Shown in pieces: positions 8,777 to 17,825 of a stretch of 18,817 bases of DNA; positions within the stretch are counted from its first letter, which is position 1; each line of letters opens with the position of its first letter. A program made the translations under genes and the position numbers. Origin of the DNA: a virus (taxonomy: Duplodnaviria; Heunggongvirae; Uroviricota; Caudoviricetes); IMG/VR virus record IMGVR_UViG_2563366863_000004, one strand, 5' to 3'. A model generated the notes under the pieces. That model saw only the letters and a list, made by a program, of their open reading frames with translations, was not told the origin of the DNA and did not search any database.

Positions 8777-8873
8777 AGCATGGCAGAAATGTGTTTCATG
8801 CTTTTCGGGCGAAGGATATCCGACTTCTGTACGGAATGGCAAGTGGCGGTTAATTTATTCAGGGGAAGGCTGT

Positions 8874-11800
8874 ATGGGAAAAGGTGGCGGTAAGGCACAC
8901 ACGCCTCGTGAGGCGAAGGATAATCTCAAATCCACGCAGATGATGAGTGTGATTGATGCGATTGGTGAGGGACCGATAGAAGGTCCGGTGAAGGGACTGC
9001 AGAGTATTCTGGTGAACAAAACCCCGCTGACGGACACGGACGGTAATCCCGTGATACACGGTGTGACCGCGGTCTGGCGTGCCGGGGAGCAGGAGCAGAC
9101 ACCACCGGAAGGCTTTGAGTCCTCCGGAGCTGAAACCGGACTGGGCGTGGAAGTGACGAAGGCAAAACCGGTGACGCGCACCATTACGTCCGCGAACATT
9201 GACCGCCTGCGGGTTACCTTCGGGGTGCAGTCACTGGTGGAGACCACCTCAAAGGGTGACCGTAACCCGGCAACCGTCCGCCTGCTGATTCAGTTACAGC
9301 GTAACGGTAACTGGGTGACAGAAAAGGACGTCACCATTAACGGCAAGACCACCTCACAGTTCCTGGCCTCGGTGATTCTGGATAATCTGCCTCCCCGGCC
9401 CTTTAACATCCGGATGGTCAGGGAGACGGCGGACAGCACCACGGACCAGCTGCAGAATAAGACGCTGTGGTCGTCATACACCGAAATCATCGATGTGAAA
9501 CAGTGCTACCCGAACACGGCCATTGTGGGGCTGCAGGTGGATGCGGAGCAGTTCGGCGGCCAGCAGATGACGGTGAACTACCATATCCGCGGTCGTATCA
9601 TCCAGGTGCCGTCAAACTATGACCCGGAAAAACGCACGTACAGTGGTATCTGGGACGGCAGTCTGAAACCGGCATACAGCAACAACCCGGCCTGGTGCCT
9701 GTGGGACATGCTGACTCACCCGCGCTACGGCATGGGAAAACGTCTGGGGGCGGCGGATGTGGACAAGTGGGCGCTGTATGCCATCGGGCAGTACTGCGAT
9801 CAGACGGTCCCGGATGGTTTCGGGGGGACCGAGCCGCGGATGACCTTTAATGCGTACCTGGCACAACAGCGTAAGGCGTGGGACGTTCTCAGTGATTTCT
9901 GCTCTGCGATGCGCTGTATGCCGGTATGGAACGGTCAGACGCTGACGTTCGTTCAGGACCGCCCGTCGGATGTGGTGTGGCCGTACACCAACAGCGATGT
10001 GGTGGTGGATGATAACGGCGTGGGATTCCGCTACAGCTTCAGTGCCCTGAAGGACCGGCACACGGCGGTGGAGGTGAATTACACCGACCCGCAGAACGGC
10101 TGGCAGACCTCCACGGAACTGGTGGAAGACCCGGAAGCCATACTGCGCTACGGGCGCAATCTGCTGAAGATGGACGCGTTCGGCTGTACCAGCCGCGGTC
10201 AGGCCCACCGTGCCGGACTGTGGGTGATAAAGACCGAACTGCTGGAAACGCAGACGGTGGACTTCACGCTCGGGTCTCAGGGGCTGCGGCACACACCCGG
10301 TGACATTATTGAAATCTGTGATAATGACTATGCCGGGACCCTGACCGGCGGACGTGTCCTGTCCATTGATGCTGCCACCCGCACCCTGACGCTGGACCGT
10401 GAGGTTACCCTGCCGGAGACAGGTACATCGGCGGTGAACCTGATTAACGGCAGCGGTAAGCCGGTGAGTGTGGACATCACCGCACACCCCGCGCCGGACC
10501 GGATACAGGTCAGTACCCTGCCTGATGGTGTGGAGACATACGGGGTGTGGGGACTCTCCCTGCCGTCACTGCGCCGTCGCCTGTTCCGCTGTGTCTCCGT
10601 CCGGGAAAACACGGACGGCACCTTTGCCATCACGGCGGTGCAGCACGTACCGGAAAAAGAAGCCATCGTGGATAACGGTGCCCGCTTTGAGCCGCAGTCA
10701 GGTTCCCTGAACAGCGTCATCCCACCGGCAGTGCAGCACCTGACGGTGGAGGTGAGCGCAGCTGACGGCCAGTATCTGGCGCAGGCGAAATGGGACACGC
10801 CGCGGGTGGTGAAGGGTGTGCGCTTCAGTCTGCGTCTGACCAGCGGAAGCGGAGAAGACAGCCGTCTGGTGAGCACCGCCAGCACCGCAGACACGGAGCA
10901 CCGTTTCAGCGGCCTGCCACTGGGGGAATACACCCTGACGGTCAGGGCGATTAACAGTTATGGCCAGCAGGGCGAACCGGCCACCACCACGTTCAGGATT
11001 AACGCACCTGCAAAACCCGCCACCATTGAGCTGACGCCGGGGTATTTTCAGATAACGGCGGTCCCGCGTCTTGCGGTGTATGACCCGACGGTACAGTTTG
11101 AATTCTGGTTCTCAGAAAAACGCATCACGAACACAGCACAGGTGGAAAAATCTGCCCGTTATCTGGGGACCGGCAGTCAGTGGACTGTCCATGGGAGCCG
11201 GATTAAGCCGGGGACGGATTTCTGGTTTTACGTGCGAAGCGTCAACCTGGTGGGAAAATCTGCTTTTGTGGAAGCCAGCGGGCAGCCCAGCAATGATGGT
11301 GAAGGGTATCTGGAAATTTTCCGGGGGCTGATAGATGAGACGCTTCTGGGCCAGGCACTGAAAGAGCGCATTGATGCTTCAGCGCTGCGTACGGAGGTCA
11401 CGCAACTGGAAGAAGACATCCGTCAGCGGATGGACACGGATATCGCAGAAGTGACCCGGAAAATCGGGAAGGCGGAAAACAGCCTCACGCAGCTGGTTGC
11501 GAAAAAGAATGAGGACCAGACACTGGCCATCGCGCAGGTGAGCCAGAAAGTGGACCGGGTGAGCAGTGAAATCTCACAGACTGTCAGCCAGGGGCAGTCA
11601 GAAAACGCCCGACAGATAGCACAGGTCCGCCAGTACGTGGATAAAAAAGGGAGTGAAATTACCTCGACCACGGATAAAAAGCTGGGTGACCAGGCCGTGA
11701 CCATACAGCAAATCCAGCGGGTTCAGTCAGACACGCGCAATGAGCTGAATGCCATGTATATGCTGAAGGTGCAGAAAACAAAAAACGGTATTCCCTATGT

Positions 11801-12566
11801 GGCCGGGATTGGCGCGGGGATTGAGGATGTTGATGGTCAGACGCTGAGCAGTATTCTGCTGCAGGCGGACCGTATCGCGATGATTACCCCGGAGAACGGC
11901 AACACCACGCCGCTGTTTGTGGCGCAGGGGAATCAGCTGTTCATGAACGACGTGTTCCTGAAGCGACTGTTTGCGGTGAGCATCACGTCATCCGGCAATC
12001 CTCCTACGTTTTCCCTGACGCCGGATGGCAGGCTGACAGCCCGCAATGCGGATATCAGTGGAGCCATCACGGCGAATACCGGCACGCTCAATAATGTCAC
12101 CATTAACGAGAACTGTGTCATCAGAGGGAAACTGTCTGCAAACCAGATTGAAGGCGATCTCGTTAAAACAGTGGGTAAGGTTTTCCCCCGTGACTCCCGT
12201 GCACCGGAGCGTTGGCCATCAGGAACCATTACCGTCAGGGTTTATGACGATCAGCCGTTTAACCGGCAGATTGTTATTCCGGCGGTGGCTTTCAGCGGTG
12301 CCAGACATGAGCGGGAGAACAGCGATACTTATTCGTCATGCCGCCTGATAGTACGGAAAAACGGTGCTGAAATTTATAACCGTACCGCGCTGGATAATAC
12401 GCTGATTTACAGTGGTGTTATTGATATGCCTGCTGGTCGCGGCCACATGACGCTGGAGTTTTCTGTATCAGCATGGTGGGTAAATGGCTGGTATCCCACA
12501 GCAAGTATCAGCGATTTGCTGGTTGTTGTGATGAAGAAAGCCACTGCAGGCATCACGATTAGCTGA
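8874..12566 (+). CDS. J: Central tail fibre / host specificity protein J
   Basis: 1230-aa ORF with an AGGGGAAGG SD. N-terminus [39 protein letters not shown] matches lambda gpJ closely. Fibronectin-III-like middle, coiled-coil segment, C-terminal receptor-binding region. Confidence 0.95.
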   Translation: MGKGGGKAHTPREAKDNLKSTQMMSVIDAIGEGPIEGPVKGLQSILVNKTPLTDTDGNPVIHGVTAVWRAGEQEQTPPEGFESSGAETGLGVEVTKAKPVTRTITSANIDRLRVTFGVQSLVETTSKGDRNPATVRLLIQLQRNGNWVTEKDVTINGKTTSQFLASVILDNLPPRPFNIRMVRETADSTTDQLQNKTLWSSYTEIIDVKQCYPNTAIVGLQVDAEQFGGQQMTVNYHIRGRIIQVPSNYDPEKRTYSGIWDGSLKPAYSNNPAWCLWDMLTHPRYGMGKRLGAADVDKWALYAIGQYCDQTVPDGFGGTEPRMTFNAYLAQQRKAWDVLSDFCSAMRCMPVWNGQTLTFVQDRPSDVVWPYTNSDVVVDDNGVGFRYSFSALKDRHTAVEVNYTDPQNGWQTSTELVEDPEAILRYGRNLLKMDAFGCTSRGQAHRAGLWVIKTELLETQTVDFTLGSQGLRHTPGDIIEICDNDYAGTLTGGRVLSIDAATRTLTLDREVTLPETGTSAVNLINGSGKPVSVDITAHPAPDRIQVSTLPDGVETYGVWGLSLPSLRRRLFRCVSVRENTDGTFAITAVQHVPEKEAIVDNGARFEPQSGSLNSVIPPAVQHLTVEVSAADGQYLAQAKWDTPRVVKGVRFSLRLTSGSGEDSRLVSTASTADTEHRFSGLPLGEYTLTVRAINSYGQQGEPATTTFRINAPAKPATIELTPGYFQITAVPRLAVYDPTVQFEFWFSEKRITNTAQVEKSARYLGTGSQWTVHGSRIKPGTDFWFYVRSVNLVGKSAFVEASGQPSNDGEGYLEIFRGLIDETLLGQALKERIDASALRTEVTQLEEDIRQRMDTDIAEVTRKIGKAENSLTQLVAKKNEDQTLAIAQVSQKVDRVSSEISQTVSQGQSENARQIAQVRQYVDKKGSEITSTTDKKLGDQAVTIQQIQRVQSDTRNELNAMYMLKVQKTKNGIPYVAGIGAGIEDVDGQTLSSILLQADRIAMITPENGNTTPLFVAQGNQLFMNDVFLKRLFAVSITSSGNPPTFSLTPDGRLTARNADISGAITANTGTLNNVTINENCVIRGKLSANQIEGDLVKTVGKVFPRDSRAPERWPSGTITVRVYDDQPFNRQIVIPAVAFSGARHERENSDTYSSCRLIVRKNGAEIYNRTALDNTLIYSGVIDMPAGRGHMTLEFSVSAWWVNGWYPTASISDLLVVVMKKATAGITIS

Positions 12567-12584
12567 ATTTTATAACCCCAATAC

Positions 12585-12610
12585 GGGCGCCAGAAATGGC
12601 GCCTTTTTTA
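12585..12610 (+). terminator. Intrinsic terminator downstream of J
   Basis: Palindromic GGCGCC-agaaat-GGCGCC stem-loop (12586-12603) followed by TTTTTT (12604-12609). Confidence 0.55.
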
Positions 12611-12633
12611 TTGCAGAAAAGCGAGAGGTAATT

Positions 12634-13233
12634 ATGCGTAAAGTTTGTGCAGCCATTTTGTCCGCAGCCATCTGTCTGTCCGTATCCGGTGCGCCTGCAT
12701 GGGCGTCTGAACATCAGTCCACACTGAGCGCGGGGTATCTTCATGCCCGTACGAACGCTCCCGGCAGCGATAATCTGAACGGGATTAACGTGAAATACCG
12801 TTATGAGTTTACGGACGCGCTGGGGCTGATTACGTCCTTCAGTTATGCCAATGCTGAGGATGAGCAAAAAACGCACTACAGCGATACCCGCTGGCATGAA
12901 GATTCCGAGCGTAACCGCTGGTTCAGCGTGATGGCAGGGCCGTCTGTACGCGTGAATGAATGGTTCAGCGCGTATGCGATGGCGGGTGTGGCTTACAGCC
13001 GTGTGTCGACTTTCTCCGGGGATTATCTCCGCGTAACTGACAACAAGGGGAAAACGCACGATGTGCTGACCGGAAGTGATGACGGTCGCCACAGCAACAC
13101 GTCTCTGGCGTGGGGGGCTGGCGTGCAGTTTAACCCGACCGAATCCGTAACCATTGACCTTGCTTATGAAGGTTCCGGTAGTGGCGACTGGCGAACGGAT
13201 GCATTTATTGTTGGTATCGGATACCGTTTCTGA
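12634..13233 (+). CDS. lom: Outer membrane beta-barrel protein Lom (Ail/Lom/PagC family), a lysogenic-conversion moron
   Basis: 199 aa with an N-terminal signal peptide (MRKVCAAILSAAICLSVSGAPAWA), GINVKYRYE and a C-terminal ...YEGSGSGDWRTDAFIVGIGYRF typical of lambda Lom; GAGAGG SD; terminators on both sides. Confidence 0.9.
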   Translation: MRKVCAAILSAAICLSVSGAPAWASEHQSTLSAGYLHARTNAPGSDNLNGINVKYRYEFTDALGLITSFSYANAEDEQKTHYSDTRWHEDSERNRWFSVMAGPSVRVNEWFSAYAMAGVAYSRVSTFSGDYLRVTDNKGKTHDVLTGSDDGRHSNTSLAWGAGVQFNPTESVTIDLAYEGSGSGDWRTDAFIVGIGYRF

Positions 13234-13337
13234 CAACAGACGCCGATTTATCTTCTGTAAATATTGTTATGATACGCAGGTTCATCCACCTTATGGGGTG
13301 AACTGCGTTTGAGGAAACGTAAAGTTACACTGTCCTG

Positions 13338-13370
13338 AAGCCCGTGGCGTCACTGCTGCGGGCTTTTTTT
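13338..13370 (+). terminator. Hairpin plus T7 tract downstream of lom
   Basis: AAGCCCG (13338-13344) ... CGGGCTT (13359-13365) followed by TTTTTTT up to 13370. Confidence 0.45.
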
Positions 13371-13729
13371 ATTGGTGGAAAAGTATGACAGTAAAAATTT
13401 CTGGCGTGCTTAAAGATGGCACAGGAAAACCAGTACAGAACTGCACCATTGTGCTGAAGGCCAGACGAACCAGCAGCACGGTGGTGGTGAACACGGTGGC
13501 CTCTGAAAATCCGGATGAAGCCGGACGTTACAGCATGGATGTTGAGCATGGTCAGTACAGCGTCACCCTGCTGGTTGAAGGTTTTCCGCCTTCACATGCC
13601 GGGACCATTACCGTCTATGAAGGTTCCAGACCAGGTACGCTGAATGATTTTCTCGGTGCCATGACGGAGGATGATGTCCGACCGGAGGCACTGCGCCGCT
13701 TTGAGCAGATGGTGGAAGAGGTGTCACGT

Positions 13730-14760
13730 AACGCCTCCGCGGTTGCACAGAATACGGCAGCCGCGAAAAAATCAGCCAGCGATGCCAGTGCATCAGCCAG
13801 CGAGGCGGCAACTCATGCAACCGATGCTGCAGCCTCAGCACGTGCCGCCAGCACGTCAGCCGGACAGGCCGCGTCGTCGGCTCAGTCAGCGTCTTCCAGC
13901 GCAGGAACGGCATCGACAAAGGCCCGTGAAGCAGCAAAAAGTGCTGCTGCTGCAGAGTCATCAAAAAGCGCGGCAGCTACCAGCGCCAGTGCCGCGAAAA
14001 CGTCAGAAACGAATGCCGCAGCATCACAAAAATCGGCAGCCACTTCTGCATCCACAGCGACCACGAAGGCGTCAGAAGCTGCCACCTCGGCACGGGGTGC
14101 GGCGGCCTCAAAAGAGGCAGCGAAATCTTCAGAAACGAATGCATCATCAAGTGCCAGTAGTGCAGCTTCCTCGGCAACGGCGGCAGGAAATTCCGCGAAG
14201 GCGGCAAAAACGTCCGAGACGAACGCTAAGTCTTCTGAAACAGCAGCGGGACAGAGCGCCTCAGCTGCGGCAGGTTCAAAAACAGCGGCTGCATTATCTG
14301 CCAGTGCCGCGTCAACAAGTGCCGGGCAGGCCTCAGCCAGTGCCACCGCCGCCGGAAAATCGGCAGAAAGCGCCGCATCATCCGCTTCAACAGCCACAAC
14401 GAAAGCTGGCAAAGCCACTGAGCAAGCCACTGCAGCAGCGAGGTCTGCTTCTGCAGCAAAAACCTCTGAAACAAATGCAAAGACTTCAGCAGACAATGCT
14501 GCTTCCTCTAAGGCGGCAGCCGCATCGTCAGCCAGTTCAGCGGCGTCATCGGCATCATCTGCGTCTGCTTCAAAAGATGAGGCGACCAGACAAGCGTCAG
14601 CAGCGAAAGGTAGTGCCACGACAGCAACAACGAAAGCATCAGAGGCGGCAGGCAGTGCGACGGCTGCATCTCAGAGCAAAGTTGCTGCTGAATCCGCGGC
14701 AACGCGCGCCGAGACAGCAGCAAAACGGGCAGAGGATATTGCATCCGCCGTGGCGCTGGA
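13730..14760 (+). repeat. Degenerate tandem Ala/Ser/Thr-rich repeats inside stf (approximate bounds)
   Basis: Recurring ...SAAKTSETNA... / ...KSSETNASSSASSAASSA... units, with recurring nucleotide cores such as aaaacgtcagaaacgaatgc, aaatcttcagaaacgaatgc, aaaacgtccgagacgaacgc and aaaacctctgaaacaaatgc. They create long spurious ORFs in the other frames. Confidence 0.5.
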
Positions 14761-14932
14761 GGATGCGAGCACGACGAAAAAGGGGATAGTACAGCTCAGC
14801 AGTGCAACAAACAGCACCAGTGAAAAGCTGGCGGCAACGCCAAAGGCAGTTAAAACTGTTAAAGATAGTTCAGTTCAAAAAACTGGCGACACAATGGGAG
14901 GGCAGTTAAAAATCAGCACGATAAATGCTCTT

Positions 14933-14940
14933 CGAATATT
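14933..14940. repeat. Target-site duplication (left copy) flanking IS1: cgaatatt
   Basis: The 8 bp immediately before the IS1 end (14933-14940) are identical to the 8 bp immediately after it (15709-15716). Confidence 0.75.
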
Positions 14941-14955
14941 GGTAATGACTCCAAC

Positions 14956-15459
14956 TTACTGATAGTGTTTTATGTTCAGATAATGCCCGATGACTTTGTC
15001 ATGCAGCTCCACCGATTTTGAGAACGACAGTGACTTCCGTCCCAGCCTTGCCAGATGTTGTCTCAGATTCAGGTTATGTCGCTCAATGCGCTGAGTGTAA
15101 CGCTTGCTGATTACGTGCAGCTTTCCCTTCAGGCGGGATTCATACAGCGGCCAGCCATCCGTCATCCATACCACGACCTCAAAGGCCGACAGCAGGCTCA
15201 GAAGACGCTCCAGTGTGGCCAGAGTGCGTTCACCGAAGACGTGCGCCACAACCGTCCTCCGTATCCTGTCATACGCGTAAAACAGCCAGCGCTGGCGCGA
15301 TTTAGCCCCGACATAGCCCCACTGTTCGCCCATTTCCGCGCAGACGATGACGTCACTGCCCGGCTGTATGCGCGAGGTTACCGACTGCGGCCTGAGTTTT
15401 TTAAGTGACGTAAAATCGTGTTGAGGCCAACGCCCATAATGCGGGCGGTTGCCCGGCAT
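14956..15459 (-). CDS. insB: IS1 InsB (transposase catalytic part; expressed as InsAB' by -1 frameshift)
   Basis: 167-aa [40 protein letters not shown]... The TTAAAAAACTC frameshift motif is on the minus strand (complement of 15394-15404), just upstream of the insA stop. Confidence 0.88.
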   Translation of the reverse strand: MPGNRPHYGRWPQHDFTSLKKLRPQSVTSRIQPGSDVIVCAEMGEQWGYVGAKSRQRWLFYAYDRIRRTVVAHVFGERTLATLERLLSLLSAFEVVVWMTDGWPLYESRLKGKLHVISKRYTQRIERHNLNLRQHLARLGRKSLSFSKSVELHDKVIGHYLNIKHYQ

Positions 15460-15653
15460 CCAACACCATTCATGGCCATATCAATGATTTTCTGGTGTGT
15501 ACCGGGTTGAGAAGCGGTGTAAGTGAACTGCAGTTGCCATGTTTTACGGCAGTGAGAGCAGAGATAGCGCTGATGTCCGGCAGTACTTTTACCGTTACGC
15601 ACCACGCCTTCAGTAGCTGAGCAGGAGGGACAACTGATGGAGATGGAAGCCAC
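15378..15653 (-). CDS. insA: IS1 InsA (DNA-binding regulator / N-terminal part of transposase)
   Basis: 91 aa, [91 protein letters not shown], essentially canonical IS1 InsA with its Zn-finger cysteines. Confidence 0.92.
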   Translation of the reverse strand: MASISISCPSCSATEGVVRNGKSTAGHQRYLCSHCRKTWQLQFTYTASQPGTHQKIIDMAMNGVGCRATARIMGVGLNTILRHLKNSGRSR

Positions 15654-15708
15654 GGGAGCACCTCAAAAACACCATCATACACTAAATCAGTAAGTTGGCA
15701 CCATTACC

Positions 15709-15716
15709 CGAATATT
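15709..15716. repeat. Target-site duplication (right copy) flanking IS1: cgaatatt
   Basis: Identical to 14933-14940. Confidence 0.75.
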
Positions 15717-17187
15717 CAACCAAGCCTTTGGCCTTATTTTTAGGCGTTCCGAAGATCATCTTCATCTTATTCCGACTAATGAAGGGGAGGGGGAAAATGG
15801 AGACATCGGTTCATTAAGACCATTCTCTATAAACTTAAGATCAGGGTTGGTGTCCATCGGTAATGGACTAAAAGTTGGTGGTAGTGTTACTGGTAATTTG
15901 ACCGGAAACGCAGATACTGCGACCAAGATCAAGACAGCACGTAAGATTGGGGGCGTGGCATTTGATGGATCGGCAGATATCAACTTGCCTGGAGTCAACG
16001 CTACCGGTAATCAAAACACTACAGGTAATGCTGCGACCGCCACGAAACTTCAGGCAGCCAGAACGATTAACGGTGTGTCATTTGATGGTAGTGCAAATAT
16101 CACATTGACCCCTTCAAATATTGGGGCATTGGCATTAACTGGAGGGACTCTTTCAGGTGGTTTAACTGCTGCTGGTGAGGTTATTTCAAGGTCAGCAAAT
16201 GGTCTGCGTATTGCCTATGGCAACTATGGATTCTTTATCCGAAATGATGGATCAAACACATATTTTATGTTGACAGATTCGGGTAACAGTCTTGGTACGC
16301 ACAATAGCTTAAGGCCGTTTATAATTAGTAACCATACTGGCAATGTTACAATTGCAACTAAATTAAACGCGAGTGGTGGTATCACTGGATCTTTATCGGG
16401 TAATGCAAGCACAGCAACCAAATTGCAAACTGCAAGGACAATTAACGGCGTAAAATTTGACGGCTCGGCAAATATTGAAGCGTTTCCGCCAGGTGTTCCG
16501 CTGCCGTGGCCATCAGATACACCACCTGCAGGTTATGCGATCATGCAGGGGCAGACGTTTGATAAGGCAGCATATCCGAAACTGGCTATTGCCTATCCTT
16601 CAGGTGTTATTCCAGATATGCGCGGCTGGACAATCAAGGGCAAACCCGCCAGTGGCCGGGCCGTATTGTCTCAGGAACAGGACGGCATAAAATCGCACAC
16701 CCACAGCGCCAGCGCATCCAGTACGGATTTGGGGACGAAAACCACATCGTCGTTTGATTACGGCACTAAATCCACGAATAACACCGGGGCGCATACGCAC
16801 AGTCTGAGTGGCTCTACGGGGTCTGCCGGTGTTCATACTCATGGTAATGGTATTCGTTGGCCAGGAGGCGGCGGTTCTGCGTTAGCATTTTATGATGGCG
16901 GTGGGTTCACTTATGTCCAGAATTCACAGTATCAAGTAAGCCCGGAGACTTCTTCCTATAGATCGTATTATCAACGTATTCAGACACAGTCAGCAGGTGC
17001 TCATACCCACTCGCTGTCTGGAACTGCAGCAAGTTCTGGCGCACATGCACATACTGTAGGTATTGGTGCGCATACGCACTCCGTTGCGATTGGTTCACAT
17101 GGACACACCATCACCGTTAACGCTGCGGGTAACGCGGAAAACACCGTCAAAAACATCGCATTTAACTATATTGTGAGGCTTGCATAA
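15717..17187 (+). pseudogene. stf: Side tail fibre protein Stf, 3' portion (distal, receptor-binding part with His-rich repeats)
   Basis: Frame is open from the IS1 junction to TAA at 17185-17187 and is in phase with the 5' part once IS1 plus one 8-bp repeat copy are removed. Product ...[35 protein letters not shown]... ends with repeated HxH motifs ([35 protein letters not shown]). Confidence 0.8.
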
Positions 17188-17771
17188 TGGCATTCAGAAT
17201 GAGTGAACAAGCACGGACCATAAAAATTTATAATCTGCTGGCCGGAACTAATGAATTTATTGGTGAAGGTGACGCATATATTCCGCCTCATACAGGTCTG
17301 CCAGCAAACAGTACCGATATTGCACCACCAGATATTCCTGCTGGCTTTGTGGCTGTTTTCAACAGTGATGAGGCATCGTGGCATCTCGTTGAAGACCATC
17401 GGGGGAAAACGGTTTATGACGTAGCGTCAGGGGACGAGTTATTTATTTCTGAACTCGGTCCGTTACCGGAAAATGTTACCTGGTTATCGCCGGAAGGGGA
17501 GTTTCAGAAGTGGAACGGCACAGCCTGGGTGAAGGATACGGAAGCAGAAAAACTGTTCCGGATCCGGGAGGCGGAAGAAACAAAAAACAACCTGATGCAG
17601 GTAGCCAGTGAGCATATTGCGCCGCTTCAGGATGCTGCAGATCTGGAAATTGCAACGGAGGAAGAAACCTCATTGCTGGAAGCCTGGAAAAAGTATCGGG
17701 TGTTGCTGAACCGTGTTGATACATCAACTGCACCTGATATTGAGTGGCCTACGAACCCTGTCAGGGAGTAA
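17187..17771 (+). CDS. tfa: Tail fibre assembly protein Tfa
   Basis: 194 aa, [54 protein letters not shown]..., matching lambda Tfa as I recall it; start overlaps the stf stop by 1 nt (ATAATG). Confidence 0.9.
   Translation: MAFRMSEQARTIKIYNLLAGTNEFIGEGDAYIPPHTGLPANSTDIAPPDIPAGFVAVFNSDEASWHLVEDHRGKTVYDVASGDELFISELGPLPENVTWLSPEGEFQKWNGTAWVKDTEAEKLFRIREAEETKNNLMQVASEHIAPLQDAADLEIATEEETSLLEAWKKYRVLLNRVDTSTAPDIEWPTNPVRE
17607..17771. repeat. Direct repeat copy 1: tfa 3' end
   Basis: Encodes [55 protein letters not shown] diverged copy (mostly synonymous or conservative changes) lies at 18656-18817. Confidence 0.7.
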
Positions 17772-17785
17772 TCATTGGGATTATG

Positions 17786-17818
17786 CCGCAGCACGTCTTA
17801 AGCAAGAACGTGCTGCGG
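17786..17818 (+). terminator. 11-bp hairpin downstream of tfa (weak terminator candidate)
   Basis: CCGCAGCACGT (17786-17796) / ACGTGCTGCGG (17808-17818) with an 11-nt loop. The T-tract (tatttttt, 17828-17835) is displaced about 9 nt from the stem, so this is weak. Confidence 0.3.
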
Positions 17819-17825
17819 TTGGATG

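Larger units (their letters stand above)
13385..14940 (+). pseudogene. stf: Side tail fibre protein Stf, 5' portion (gene interrupted by IS1)
   Basis: ORF starts MTVKISGVLKDGTGKPVQNCTIVLKARRTSS..., then a long Ala/Ser/Thr-rich repeat region, then ...KTGDTMGGQLKISTINALRI, after which the frame runs into the IS1 end and stops at 14962. Confidence 0.85.
14941..15708 (-). mobile_element. IS1: IS1 insertion sequence (768 bp), insA/insB on the minus strand
   Basis: Terminal inverted repeats ggtaatgactccaacttactgat (14941-14963) and, at the other end, ggtaatggtgccaacttactgat as reverse complement of 15686-15708. Contains InsA and InsB ORFs and the A6C frameshift motif; 768 bp is the canonical IS1 length. 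Confidence 0.92.

Noticed and set aside
8552-8898. 113-aa + ORF and 94-aa minus-strand ORF in the I-J gap
   Set aside because: Neither has a Shine-Dalgarno. The + ORF runs into the J start and the minus ORF starts inside J. The 12-bp hairpin lies inside both, so I treat the region as non-coding and report it as a possible RNA or regulatory element instead.
9612-10933. Long minus-strand ORFs (291 aa and 201 aa) antisense to J
   Set aside because: Typical spurious antisense ORFs in a GC-rich coding region; Arg/Pro/His-rich products, no start context, and J on the sense strand is strongly supported.
12559-13236. 225-aa minus-strand ORF overlapping all of lom
   Set aside because: Antisense to a strongly supported signal-peptide-bearing lom; begins inside the lom downstream region without RBS; composition atypical.
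13671-14789. 372-aa + strand ORF (R/Q/P-rich) and 245-aa minus-strand ORF (13882..14619) inside stf
   Set aside because: Alternative-frame and antisense readings of the GC-rich Ala/Ser codon repeats of stf. Extreme low-complexity composition, no RBS, fully embedded in a well-supported gene.
15709-15846. Possible independent small gene or promoter in the AT-rich stretch just downstream of IS1
   Set aside because: The stretch is in phase with both stf halves and reads as plausible fibre sequence once IS1 is removed, so it is best explained as stf coding sequence. Outward transcription from IS1 into the stf 3' part cannot be excluded but is not supported by any clear promoter.
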